Source of the DNA: a virus
Taxonomy: Duplodnaviria; Caudoviricetes
Strand: one strand, 5' to 3'
Virus record (IMG/VR): IMGVR_UViG_3300022899_000001
Span: 1-64,000 of that record
DNA: 64,000 nt
The position numbers were made by a program, and so were the translations under genes. Under the pieces are notes generated by a model. The model was not told the DNA's origin. It saw only the letters and a program-made list of their open reading frames with translations, and did not search any database. Below, one piece after another: positions 1 through 7,601 of this stretch (within the stretch, counting starts at the first letter, position 1; every line of letters starts with the position of its first letter).

Positions 1-713
1 CGACAACGCCTGGTCGTTCAAGGAGTTTCCCAACAAATGCCCCTTGACACCATTCCAGACTTGAGGCAGAGTTGCGGCGTTCAACCGTACGAACTATGCA
101 CGCAACACAGAACATTTTTAGACTCCAGCGACCAACTGCCGTTTGGCCGGTTGAACGCTTGCCTAAAGCACTGCGATGTGTTGCAGCAGTCCCGCTGGAA
201 TCTTCCCCGACTCGGTAAAACGAGGCGGGGTCTATTTCGGTGGCGTTCAAAGTGCCACACATGGCCAGAACGGGTTGATCCGGCGAAGTCAGCAGCGAGC
301 AACGTCACCGCGATAGCGACGACTCGGACAACCGGATGTTCTTTGAATGGTGCTGCGATTGCGTTAGGTCGTAACCTGACTATCGCTCCGATGATAGGAC
401 TCAGAGGCTGTATACGGCTGACGAGTGAAAACAACCCCTTAACGCGGAGCGAGACAACAATTCAGCACCACCATTCAGAGAATATCCGATGGAGTAGCAG
501 ACTCGCGCCCCGTGATGGCTCCAAGCTACCTGCGAGCCGAAGAAGGGTGATGCGTGAGAGGGGCCTGCTATGCGCTTGGCTCCATACGGGAACAAGACTT
601 CCCCGCCCGACAGGGAAAGCTATCGCTTTCTCCACCGGGAACAAGGGTTCCAACTCAGTTGTAGTTCCCTTCCCTTCTTGTCCTTCCTTCCTTCCCTTCA
701 GTACTTCAGTTGT

Positions 714-1103
714 ATGAGAATGACCCAAGCAGAGTATCAGGACTACATAGCCAGGCAGATTAAAAAACAGTTCGTTTCAAAGCCTCCTGACGCAGTAGCA
801 GATGAATCAGACCTACACAGCCAGATATTGGACTTCTGCCGGTCGAGGGGCTGGATTGCATTTCATGGCTCAATGGCGCACAGGGCCATGCGTACTGCGG
901 GTGAACCGGATTTCACAGTGTTGGCAGATGGTGGTCGGGTGTTCTTCTTCGAGTGCAAATCCAAGGACGGCAAACTCTCAACCGAACAACTCGGCATGAT
1001 TGCTTGGGGCGCCAAGCTGGGGCACACCATCCATGTCATTTACTCACTGGGCCAGTTAGCTGATATTGTGGATCAACCGAAGCTCATGCCTTCCCAAAGT
1101 TGA
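714..1103 (+). CDS. VRR-NUC domain nuclease (PD-(D/E)xK)
   Basis: ESDLHSQILDFC...GEPDFTVL...VFFFECKSKDGKLSTEQ pattern; start moved from 570 to ATG 714 (or 720). Confidence 0.85.
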   Translation: MRMTQAEYQDYIARQIKKQFVSKPPDAVADESDLHSQILDFCRSRGWIAFHGSMAHRAMRTAGEPDFTVLADGGRVFFFECKSKDGKLSTEQLGMIAWGAKLGHTIHVIYSLGQLADIVDQPKLMPSQS

Positions 1104-1734
1104 ACGCCAGCGCGTAGGAGAACTGGCGGGAGAACTGAGCCGGGGTGAGACGGTTGAAGCCTCGCCAGCCTTGTTGCCCCCATGAGCCTTGGAGCGAAAA
1201 GAAAGGTTTCGGTGATACTTGGTCGAAGCCAACAAGGGCAACCGCATGGCCCCCGGCCTGGTCATCACCTTCAGGAATCCATCCTTCAGCATCGGCGAAC
1301 TCCCATTGCTTCGTGATCTGGAAAGCTGCTAGCAAGACTCCGTTGCGGTGTAGCGCCTGCTTGACCTGTTCAGGTGTGGATACTTCCCGGATCGCTGCGT
1401 TGTCGGCCCAAGAGACTAGACCAAGGTCCTGTGCGGCCTGAGTGACAGCTTCCAATGTGGTGCCTTCGATGCCTTCAAGACCGTCAATCTCCTTAGCCCG
1501 TCTGTAAATCTGGTGCGGGTCAATCTGCTGGGTGATCCCGTATTCGCGCCAGTTGTGGTACTCAAGAACTGCGGCCATACCGAACCCGGCACACTCTGGC
1601 ACGTTGCCCTGATCGTTTGATTCGAGCAGTTGCGCCCGAAGATCAATGTAGGCCGGGGTTACGTATTCGACAGGTGCAGCGGACAGCACCTTGCGACGAA
1701 GGCGGTTGGGATTGATTACGAGGCCAGTTGTCAT
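1084..1734 (-). CDS. Papain-like C1 family cysteine peptidase
   Basis: DQGNVPECAGF (oxyanion Gln, catalytic Cys), GGHAVALVGFD (catalytic His), QGSWG in place of the usual NSWG. Confidence 0.85.
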   Translation of the reverse strand: MTTGLVINPNRLRRKVLSAAPVEYVTPAYIDLRAQLLESNDQGNVPECAGFGMAAVLEYHNWREYGITQQIDPHQIYRRAKEIDGLEGIEGTTLEAVTQAAQDLGLVSWADNAAIREVSTPEQVKQALHRNGVLLAAFQITKQWEFADAEGWIPEGDDQAGGHAVALVGFDQVSPKPFFSLQGSWGQQGWRGFNRLTPAQFSRQFSYALAFNFGKA

Positions 1735-1735
1735 T

Positions 1736-1942
1736 TTATAGTTTGGCAGACATTGCCGCTCGAATAGCAGTGCGGATGTCTATTGATTTCAGTGTTGTAG
1801 GAAATTCATATATGCCACAGCGTTCGTGAGCCGAGACACACCACGACACGGAAGGGTCTTGCCATCTACCTTCTTCTAACCAGTGAGCGTAACGTTCCTG
1901 TTTTTGCTTATTCAACCAGTCCAACATCTCTGTGTCGGTCAT
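1736..1942 (-). CDS. Small phage hypothetical protein
   Basis: MTDTEMLDWL...IRTAIRAAM, a recurrent small-phage-protein pattern; fits tight gene packing. Confidence 0.6.
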   Translation of the reverse strand: MTDTEMLDWLNKQKQERYAHWLEEGRWQDPSVSWCVSAHERCGIYEFPTTLKSIDIRTAIRAAMSAKL

Positions 1943-1944
1943 AG

Positions 1945-2142
1945 TTAGTTCGATGGTCCCGGCACCGGCCCCCATATTGGTTCAGCAACCCGGTTCGTTA
2001 CCGGCGCCAGAGACGGTTCATTCGTGCTCCATCCGAACGGGTCCCAACCCGAACCAGTGACAGTCGGTTGAGAACTTTTGCAGCTTGTAATCAGGAACGC
2101 GAGGGCTAGGGCGAGCAGAGGGACGCAGGGGCGGGTTCTCAT
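1945..2142 (-). CDS. Small predicted lipoprotein (o-spanin candidate)
   Basis: Basic N-terminus, hydrophobic stretch, lipobox-like LITSC, Pro-rich mature part. Confidence 0.5.
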   Translation of the reverse strand: MRTRPCVPLLALALAFLITSCKSSQPTVTGSGWDPFGWSTNEPSLAPVTNRVAEPIWGPVPGPSN

Positions 2143-2150
2143 TACAGGGG

Positions 2151-2342
2151 TTACGTCGTCATGTCACGCCCGCAGATTTTACACTCGTACAATCGAGTTA
2201 TGATGATTGGGCGCTTCAGGATTCTATCTCCACGTCCCGTCAATCTCCTAACCGATCCCGCACCCGTTCTAACGCATTTGTGGTTTCCAGCTTTCCGAAT
2301 GCGTTCCTCTGAATAACGGCGAGCACTTGAAAGTAGATTCAT
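2151..2342 (-). CDS. Small basic hypothetical protein with possible Zn finger
   Basis: HKC...YECKICG; ATGA overlap with the upstream gene. Confidence 0.45.
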   Translation of the reverse strand: MNLLSSARRYSEERIRKAGNHKCVRTGAGSVRRLTGRGDRILKRPIIITRLYECKICGRDMTT

Positions 2343-2728
2343 TTCGGATAAATGACGGAGTTTGTGCGATGCCTAAGCGACCTGTCCAGCACAGCCCGAG
2401 CCTCAGCCTCGCCCGCGATGTAACCAACCCAATAATCCCGCGTGTGGACTTCAGCGTTGGTGCTGGGTAGCGACCTTGGATTGGGAGTGAGTGTGACCAC
2501 CTTCGGGCTGTACCACACTTCAGTGCCAAGGATGTTCGTCTGAACCATGCCAAGACTTGCCATCATCACGTCTGGCGGATATGGCCACAGTTGGCCGGTG
2601 TTCGGATTGTAGTGGGGGTGGAACATATTCGGCGGCGGTTCGGTGCCGTGGCCGAAACCGGCGCATCCAATTAGACCGACGACACAGGCAGTGATAAACA
2701 GGAGCAAAAATACGAGCGGTGATTTCAT
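2339..2728 (-). CDS. Predicted lipoprotein/exported protein
   Basis: MKSPLVFLLLFITACVVGLIGC; ATG 2728 overlaps the upstream stop (ATGA). Confidence 0.55.
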   Translation of the reverse strand: MKSPLVFLLLFITACVVGLIGCAGFGHGTEPPPNMFHPHYNPNTGQLWPYPPDVMMASLGMVQTNILGTEVWYSPKVVTLTPNPRSLPSTNAEVHTRDYWVGYIAGEAEARAVLDRSLRHRTNSVIYPK

Positions 2729-3075
2729 GGTGCTGGTTTCACCTGAAATGTTACCGGGACCATCGCTCCAGCCCCCATGTTCCTGTCGAACTGAACCGTC
2801 CCGTAGATGGTATTTACCACGATGTGGATGGAATTTGTGTCCTTGGCCAGCGCCGCGATCTGCTTCGCGCTTGGGAGCAGATAGGAAGCACAGCCGGTGA
2901 GTACGAGTAATAGGAGGCAAGCTCCACCAATTAGGAGCTTTGATTTTGCGGTGCGTCTTTGAACTGCATCGAATCGCTTCAGGAAGTTCGGCACGTCTTG
3001 GCAGTCGCGCATTTTCACTTTCGTTACACGTACGCGATACCCGAAACAATTCTTTAGAAGGAGCGCGATTTTCAT
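2725..3075 (-). CDS. Membrane/lipoprotein-like hypothetical protein
   Basis: Internal hydrophobic segment ending LVLTGC; ATGA overlaps at both ends. Confidence 0.5.
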   Translation of the reverse strand: MKIALLLKNCFGYRVRVTKVKMRDCQDVPNFLKRFDAVQRRTAKSKLLIGGACLLLLVLTGCASYLLPSAKQIAALAKDTNSIHIVVNTIYGTVQFDRNMGAGAMVPVTFQVKPAP

Positions 3076-3278
3076 TTTACCTCTGCCTCGCACTTCTCGT
3101 AGAACGCATCCTCTTTTGGGTTTTCGGTTACGGGAGACGCGGCCTTGCGCCATCTCTTTAAGCTGGCTTGAGCCTCATTCAGTTCTCGCTCCAACTGGCG
3201 GGCGAATGCGGAAGGAACGAAGGCGGTTTCATCAATCTCAACAATGGCTGCGTCCGTTCTTGGTGTGTCTGAATTCAT
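3072..3278 (-). CDS. Phage hypothetical protein (SDTPRTDA...FARQLERELNEA type)
   Basis: Motif recurrent in environmental phage small proteins; coupled start and stop. Confidence 0.65.
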   Translation of the reverse strand: MNSDTPRTDAAIVEIDETAFVPSAFARQLERELNEAQASLKRWRKAASPVTENPKEDAFYEKCEAEVK

Positions 3279-3436
3279 TTGGCCTTTTGTAATCGCTTCA
3301 ACCGTTTCTCCAACGCCTGGACTACTTCATAACCACCGCTCGCCTTGAGTCGGTTCCCTGAGATCGAGTTATAAGCGGTCAATGCTTTTCGCAGGCACGT
3401 CTCGCACTCAGCGATACGGATTTGTTTCTCTTTCAT
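3275..3436 (-). CDS. Small hypothetical protein
   Basis: MKEKQIRIAECE...; ATGA coupling on both sides. Confidence 0.5.
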   Translation of the reverse strand: MKEKQIRIAECETCLRKALTAYNSISGNRLKASGGYEVVQALEKRLKRLQKAK

Positions 3437-3522
3437 CCTAAGATTGTGACCAGCATTATGACGACCAACGCGATAAGCGCGACTCCAAGGAAACACCCAA
3501 TGATGGCCCATAATAGAGTCAT
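3433..3522 (-). CDS. 29-aa single-TM peptide (not in ORF track)
   Basis: MTLLWAIIGCFLGVALIALVVIMLVTILG; exactly fills the gap with ATGA overlaps at both ends. Confidence 0.55.
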   Translation of the reverse strand: MTLLWAIIGCFLGVALIALVVIMLVTILG

Positions 3523-3980
3523 TGGAATTTCACGACAGGCCAGTTCTTGTCTGGAACACCCCTTGTTGCCCCCACTACGCCTACAAGCCCCTGCTGGATG
3601 CCATTACAGGTCGCTTGGAGATACAGCTTGAGCGTCGGCACATTGTTCACCGCGTCGTTGCCGTAAGACTGCCACACGCCAATGTAAAGCAGGAGTGCAC
3701 TGTTAAGGATAAGTACCGACTCAGGCGTCTTGGTCAGGCCGGCAGCTTCGATTGCCGCCACAATCTGAGCAGGCGCGATGTTGGTTGAATTCGCGGCAGA
3801 GCAAATGATTGTGTCGGCGGCACGGAGGTAGGGCACGGCGTTGGTATAGCGAGCAACGGAATAGCTGACGCCGGTTGCCACGCCTTGTTGGACGAGGGTC
3901 GGACTGATGAGCGGCGATGAGGTCTTACAGCCGGTGAGCAAGAGCGCGAGCAGCGGAATAAGGGCGAGTGTGTTTTTCAT
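3519..3980 (-). CDS. Predicted lipoprotein
   Basis: MKNTLALIPLLALLLTGC lipobox. Confidence 0.7.
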   Translation of the reverse strand: MKNTLALIPLLALLLTGCKTSSPLISPTLVQQGVATGVSYSVARYTNAVPYLRAADTIICSAANSTNIAPAQIVAAIEAAGLTKTPESVLILNSALLLYIGVWQSYGNDAVNNVPTLKLYLQATCNGIQQGLVGVVGATRGVPDKNWPVVKFQ

Positions 3981-3984
3981 AATG

Positions 3985-4470
3985 TTATTCTTCAGGGGGA
4001 CGTGCGTACGGAAAACGAGTGTCAGCGAGATAGAACACGAGCCACAAACCCCAATCGGGGTACCAAGAGAGGCCAACAACAATGTCCCCCGCCGTGTAGC
4101 TCTCCGAAGATTCGGCTGGAAGAATTATCACGTATTGCAAACGGAAGGAAATTTCATCCGGTGCGCCGTTGGTAAAATCAATGTTCCCAGCGGGCAACAA
4201 GTCGAAGAACCCTCCTGGCAATTCAGCAGGCGTTACATCGTTGACTGGCGGAAAGACGTGAATACTCCCCGGCAGAGTCAACAAAATGTTCGTCCCTGGA
4301 GGTGCGAACGAGCCTGAATAATTATCCCCAAATGTCCCCAGCGTCAGGGGCATGGTGTTGGATGAAATCTCCGTCCAGTTCGTGTTATAGGCGTTGGTGT
4401 ACCACTGTTCCGCTTTAGATGGCACCTCCAGCATGACGGCGAGAAAGGCGATAGACAGAAGTTTCTTCAT
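3985..4470 (-). CDS. Exported hypothetical protein
   Basis: Signal peptide MKKLLSIAFLAVMLEVPSKA. Confidence 0.6.
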   Translation of the reverse strand: MKKLLSIAFLAVMLEVPSKAEQWYTNAYNTNWTEISSNTMPLTLGTFGDNYSGSFAPPGTNILLTLPGSIHVFPPVNDVTPAELPGGFFDLLPAGNIDFTNGAPDEISFRLQYVIILPAESSESYTAGDIVVGLSWYPDWGLWLVFYLADTRFPYARPPEE

Positions 4471-4483
4471 GTGATTTGTGTGG

Positions 4484-4519
4484 TTGCCCCGCCCGGTTCC
4501 TCCTGCCGGGCGGGAGCAA
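4484..4519. other. GC-rich stem-loop between genes
   Basis: CCCGCCCGG (4488-4496) / CCGGGCGGG (4506-4514), extended by TTGC/GCAA; no U-tract. Confidence 0.5.
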
Positions 4520-4523
4520 GTGA

Positions 4524-4757
4524 TTAAGGATTCGCAGCGATTGCAGCGGCGAGGACGTCGGACGACGCATCAGTCGCGTCAACCAGATCGGTCAACGGCT
4601 GCAACTCGTCAGCGGTGGCTCCGTTGGCCAGGGCTGCGTCAATGGCATCTTGAAGTTTCTTGGCGAAACCACTGATAACCACGGTTGCGCTCTCAACTAC
4701 GCCTTTGATCTTTGTGACCTTGGCGACATCGGCGGCGGCTTGTTCTTTTGCGGTCAT
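4524..4757 (-). CDS. Small Ala-rich helical phage protein
   Basis: 77 aa ending LAAAIAANP, a pattern often seen near phage lysis genes. Confidence 0.65.
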   Translation of the reverse strand: MTAKEQAAADVAKVTKIKGVVESATVVISGFAKKLQDAIDAALANGATADELQPLTDLVDATDASSDVLAAAIAANP

Positions 4758-4936
4758 TGTTTTCCTTTATTTTGTTGATTACGGCTGATCTCATCAGCCA
4801 GTGAATCCGATGCCTTCTCTGTTTCAGACACAACATCGGAAAGTGTTTTCAGCGAGGCACGGTCATTCCTTCCCTTCAAACACGAGCCAATGACGAGGCC
4901 GGCGACGAATCCCAATATGAAAGTGATGACGGGCAT
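4754..4936 (-). CDS. Single-TM coiled protein (i-spanin/holin-associated candidate)
   Basis: MPVITFILGFVAGLVIGSC TM then polar tail. Confidence 0.5.
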   Translation of the reverse strand: MPVITFILGFVAGLVIGSCLKGRNDRASLKTLSDVVSETEKASDSLADEISRNQQNKGKQ

Positions 4937-4938
4937 GG

Positions 4939-5139
4939 TCAGACGTGCGGCACCTGAACGCCGGTGATCTTGGCCCACAGTCCGGTAGCCACGAGGAAGT
5001 AGTAGATCGCCACGCCGAGAATTACGCAGTTTATCAAGAATCGAAACGGCTGCACGATCTTGGCGGCGAACTTGTAGTTCACCAACCACCACGCACCGGC
5101 GCAGATAAGAAGGACGATTATTAAAGTGAGTGCTGACAT
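4939..5139 (-). CDS. Small two-TM membrane protein (Thivi_2564-like)
   Basis: LTLIIVLLICAGAWWLVNY...FLINCVILGVAIYYFL...V pattern. Confidence 0.55.
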   Translation of the reverse strand: MSALTLIIVLLICAGAWWLVNYKFAAKIVQPFRFLINCVILGVAIYYFLVATGLWAKITGVQVPHV

Positions 5140-5165
5140 AAAAGTTTCTCTTTCGTTTTGACCCG

Positions 5166-5534
5166 TCATGGGACGGCGGGTTTATCAGTAACCTTAGTGG
5201 CTTCCAGACCGGAAGGCAATAGGGTCTTTTCCCTAGCAGCCTTGGTTAAAAAGCTCGTCTCGCTGGCGAGAGCCGCAGCGTGCTCTGGCGTTCCTGGAAT
5301 CTGTTGTTGCTCCCCTTCAATCCTTTGGATTGTCCGGTCGAGGAAGGCGACGATAACCAGAATGGCGGCGCCCAAGCAGCCGAAGATGACGCAAACCTGC
5401 TGTGTGGCGGTCAATCCCGACCAAGCAACCCCAGACATGGCAGTTGTAAAGGCCGTCATAGCAGTCCCGACAGCCATGAGTGAGCATTTGGCCCATGCCA
5501 TTTTATACACGAGAATGGCGTTGTTCTTGTTCAT
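5166..5534 (-). CDS. Putative holin (two TM segments)
   Basis: Two hydrophobic helices and a charged C-tail inside a membrane-gene cluster. Confidence 0.45.
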   Translation of the reverse strand: MNKNNAILVYKMAWAKCSLMAVGTAMTAFTTAMSGVAWSGLTATQQVCVIFGCLGAAILVIVAFLDRTIQRIEGEQQQIPGTPEHAAALASETSFLTKAAREKTLLPSGLEATKVTDKPAVP

Positions 5535-5536
5535 AA

Positions 5537-5635
5537 TCAGTGAACGGCGATGGCCATTATTACCATTGCGGCGGCAACAATGGTGAACCACATCAGCCAG
5601 ATTTGAAGGTCTTTTCTTTTGAGCAGTGCCATCAT
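5537..5635 (-). CDS. 32-aa single-TM peptide (not in ORF track)
   Basis: MMALLKRKDLQIWLMWFTIVAAAMVIMAIAVH; ATGA-coupled to the receiver gene. Confidence 0.5.
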   Translation of the reverse strand: MMALLKRKDLQIWLMWFTIVAAAMVIMAIAVH

Positions 5636-6204
5636 AGTAGTTGTTTGATCCAGTGAACGACTTGTTGACCGCTGGGCAAGAATGCCCGCCCAAGAATTGC
5701 GACTACGACCAGCAAGAACAGAACGACCGGGCGAATGTCTGAAGGCGATGCGTGAAAACCCCCGTTCAACACCACCGCTTCGGAGATCGCCGCCTTGACC
5801 GAATCATCGCTCATGTTCTTGTTTATGGACATAATGGTGTGCCCCACGGTTGAGTGATCGAGGTTCTCTGTATAGCCGCTCAAGAATACGACCTTTAGAT
5901 TTGGCCGGTCGGCCTTTATCTCGTTGAAGAATTCAATGCCAGCCATACGGTCGTGATCGAATACTATGTCCATCAGCATCAGCCCGAACTGACCGTGCCG
6001 GATGGATGCACGGGCCCCGTCTATGGATTCGACAACCTCGTGCTCCATGCCCAACTGATGCAGCAGTCGAGAGACTCTTACTCTGTCCCGTTCGCAGTCG
6101 TCGGCCAGTAAAACAGGAAATGGCTTGCGACGCGGGAACATCTTCGCCAGTCCAGTGTACAGCTTCACCAACTCCGTGAAGGTTTCGAGAGATGGTAGGG
6201 TCAT
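5632..6204 (-). CDS. Response-regulator receiver (REC) domain with C-terminal TM anchor
   Basis: VLLADD acidic pocket, LMLMDIVF phosphoacceptor Asp, VVFLSG Ser, SINK Lys; C-terminal VVLFLLVVVAILGRAFL helix. Confidence 0.8.
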   Translation of the reverse strand: MTLPSLETFTELVKLYTGLAKMFPRRKPFPVLLADDCERDRVRVSRLLHQLGMEHEVVESIDGARASIRHGQFGLMLMDIVFDHDRMAGIEFFNEIKADRPNLKVVFLSGYTENLDHSTVGHTIMSINKNMSDDSVKAAISEAVVLNGGFHASPSDIRPVVLFLLVVVAILGRAFLPSGQQVVHWIKQLL

Positions 6205-6648
6205 TCATGCTTTCTTGGTTGCGCTTTCTTTTCCTGACTCTTCGGCCCGCTCTGGTTCTACCCTTGGTTCTTGATCTGCTGTCAATTTAATCTTGGCCAG
6301 TGCCGCCCGCTTGGTTGCGATGTCGGCGGTCAATCGTTGTAATGCGGTGGATGGTGAATGACTTTCGGAAATAACTTTCGCGTCGAAGATGACGGGCGGT
6401 TTGCCTTCCTGCTGCCGGTAGAAGTTCAGCGTGTCCTTGGCCGACTTGATTGCTTCGTCCGCCATTTCCTCGTAGGACTTCTGAATGGAAACCAGCCCAG
6501 CAATCTGATCGTTCAGCGCCTTGATCTGAGCGTTCTTCGAGTCCATCACCAGCTTGAACAGCATGGAGATTGCGCCGGCGAGTGCAGTGACAACGGCTAC
6601 CGCGATGCCTGTGTTAATGACGATGCCTTCAGCGAGGATTATGCTCAT
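6205..6648 (-). CDS. N-terminal TM plus coiled-coil protein (holin/antiholin-like)
   Basis: GIAVAVVTALAGAISMLFKL TM then a heptad-like segment. Confidence 0.5.
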   Translation of the reverse strand: MSIILAEGIVINTGIAVAVVTALAGAISMLFKLVMDSKNAQIKALNDQIAGLVSIQKSYEEMADEAIKSAKDTLNFYRQQEGKPPVIFDAKVISESHSPSTALQRLTADIATKRAALAKIKLTADQEPRVEPERAEESGKESATKKA

Positions 6649-6851
6649 GGGTGTTTTGACTCCTTCCAATCTGTCCACCTTCTAGGACTCGGAGTGAACC
6701 AAGGATACCGAGTGTGCAGCGCGTGGCTTATTCTCACCACGACCTTGTGCGTGCCGCAAACGAAGTCTGCGACAAACAGCGTCCAACCAAGGTCGGCATT
6801 AACGCCTATTCCTCTGGCCCAAAAGTCTCCCGGATGGTCAGGCGCTTTCAT
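6645..6851 (-). CDS. Small hypothetical protein
   Basis: ATGA-coupled on both sides. Confidence 0.5.
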   Translation of the reverse strand: MKAPDHPGDFWARGIGVNADLGWTLFVADFVCGTHKVVVRISHALHTRYPWFTPSPRRWTDWKESKHP

Positions 6852-7048
6852 TCCTCCATGTCCCTTCGCGTGAAGTTCCGATCCACGGCAGTTTTCCAGT
6901 AAAGAACCCTGTTCAACAGACGGATGAATTCATAGTAGTAAGTGTTGCCGTTCCGAGCGACCTTGATCCGGTGGTCGGTTATCTCCACGTCGGCGGGCTT
7001 GACCTTAAACGCCCGTGCAACCGATTTTTTGGTGAGTTTGATTGTCAT
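6848..7048 (-). CDS. Small hypothetical protein
   Basis: ATGA-coupled on both sides. Confidence 0.55.
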   Translation of the reverse strand: MTIKLTKKSVARAFKVKPADVEITDHRIKVARNGNTYYYEFIRLLNRVLYWKTAVDRNFTRRDMEE

Positions 7049-7248
7049 GGCAGGTTGGCGTGCAAGAAGAACACTGTCCCTTGCTTGACCACCACCGTCG
7101 TCCCTTTCCGTCCAACTTTCAACTCAAACCCGTGGCGGTGCGCGAATTCCAGAATGTTTTCCATCTCGTTCAGAAGGTAATCACGGATGGTCTGAAGCTG
7201 CTTAACGGTGAATTTCTGTTGCAGGGTTTGAGTTTGTTGAAGGTTCAT
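7045..7248 (-). CDS. Small hypothetical protein
   Basis: ATGA-coupled on both sides. Confidence 0.55.
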   Translation of the reverse strand: MNLQQTQTLQQKFTVKQLQTIRDYLLNEMENILEFAHRHGFELKVGRKGTTVVVKQGTVFFLHANLP

Positions 7249-7601
7249 GGCGAAGAAGGTAAGTTGGTTCTGATAGCCCAGTCAGCAAGATTCGGAGAAC
7301 TCCAGACTTCAAAACCTGAAATCGCTGCAAGCTCTAAGGATGGAAAGTCCCACATTATCCCAATGCAGCCCGGCGATGGCGGTCGAGTCAAGCCGGGTCC
7401 GCACGTCGCCCAGTCGCTCACTTCTCCAAATCCGTTCCGTGAGCGCACCCGGAAAAACTCCATCGGCTTGTCCCTTGGAAACTCGACCATGTAAGTCAGC
7501 AGGCCAACGTTCTGCAAACTGAACTGAGGCGTCTCCCTCAATACCGGACGATGCACCGCGCAGCCGGCCAGAATCAAGATGGCGAAAACCAGCTTTTTCA
7601 T
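7245..7601 (-). CDS. Predicted lipoprotein
   Basis: MKKLVFAILILAGC lipobox; C-terminal FEVWSSPNLADW resembles the S-[ST]-N-L-x-x-W motif of verrucomicrobial surface proteins. Confidence 0.65.
   Translation of the reverse strand: MKKLVFAILILAGCAVHRPVLRETPQFSLQNVGLLTYMVEFPRDKPMEFFRVRSRNGFGEVSDWATCGPGLTRPPSPGCIGIMWDFPSLELAAISGFEVWSSPNLADWAIRTNLPSSP

Noticed and set aside
37-717. 226-aa ORF and the 570 start of the VRR-NUC ORF
   Set aside because: No recognisable domain, low-complexity end from the pyrimidine tract; VRR-NUC homology begins at about 714.
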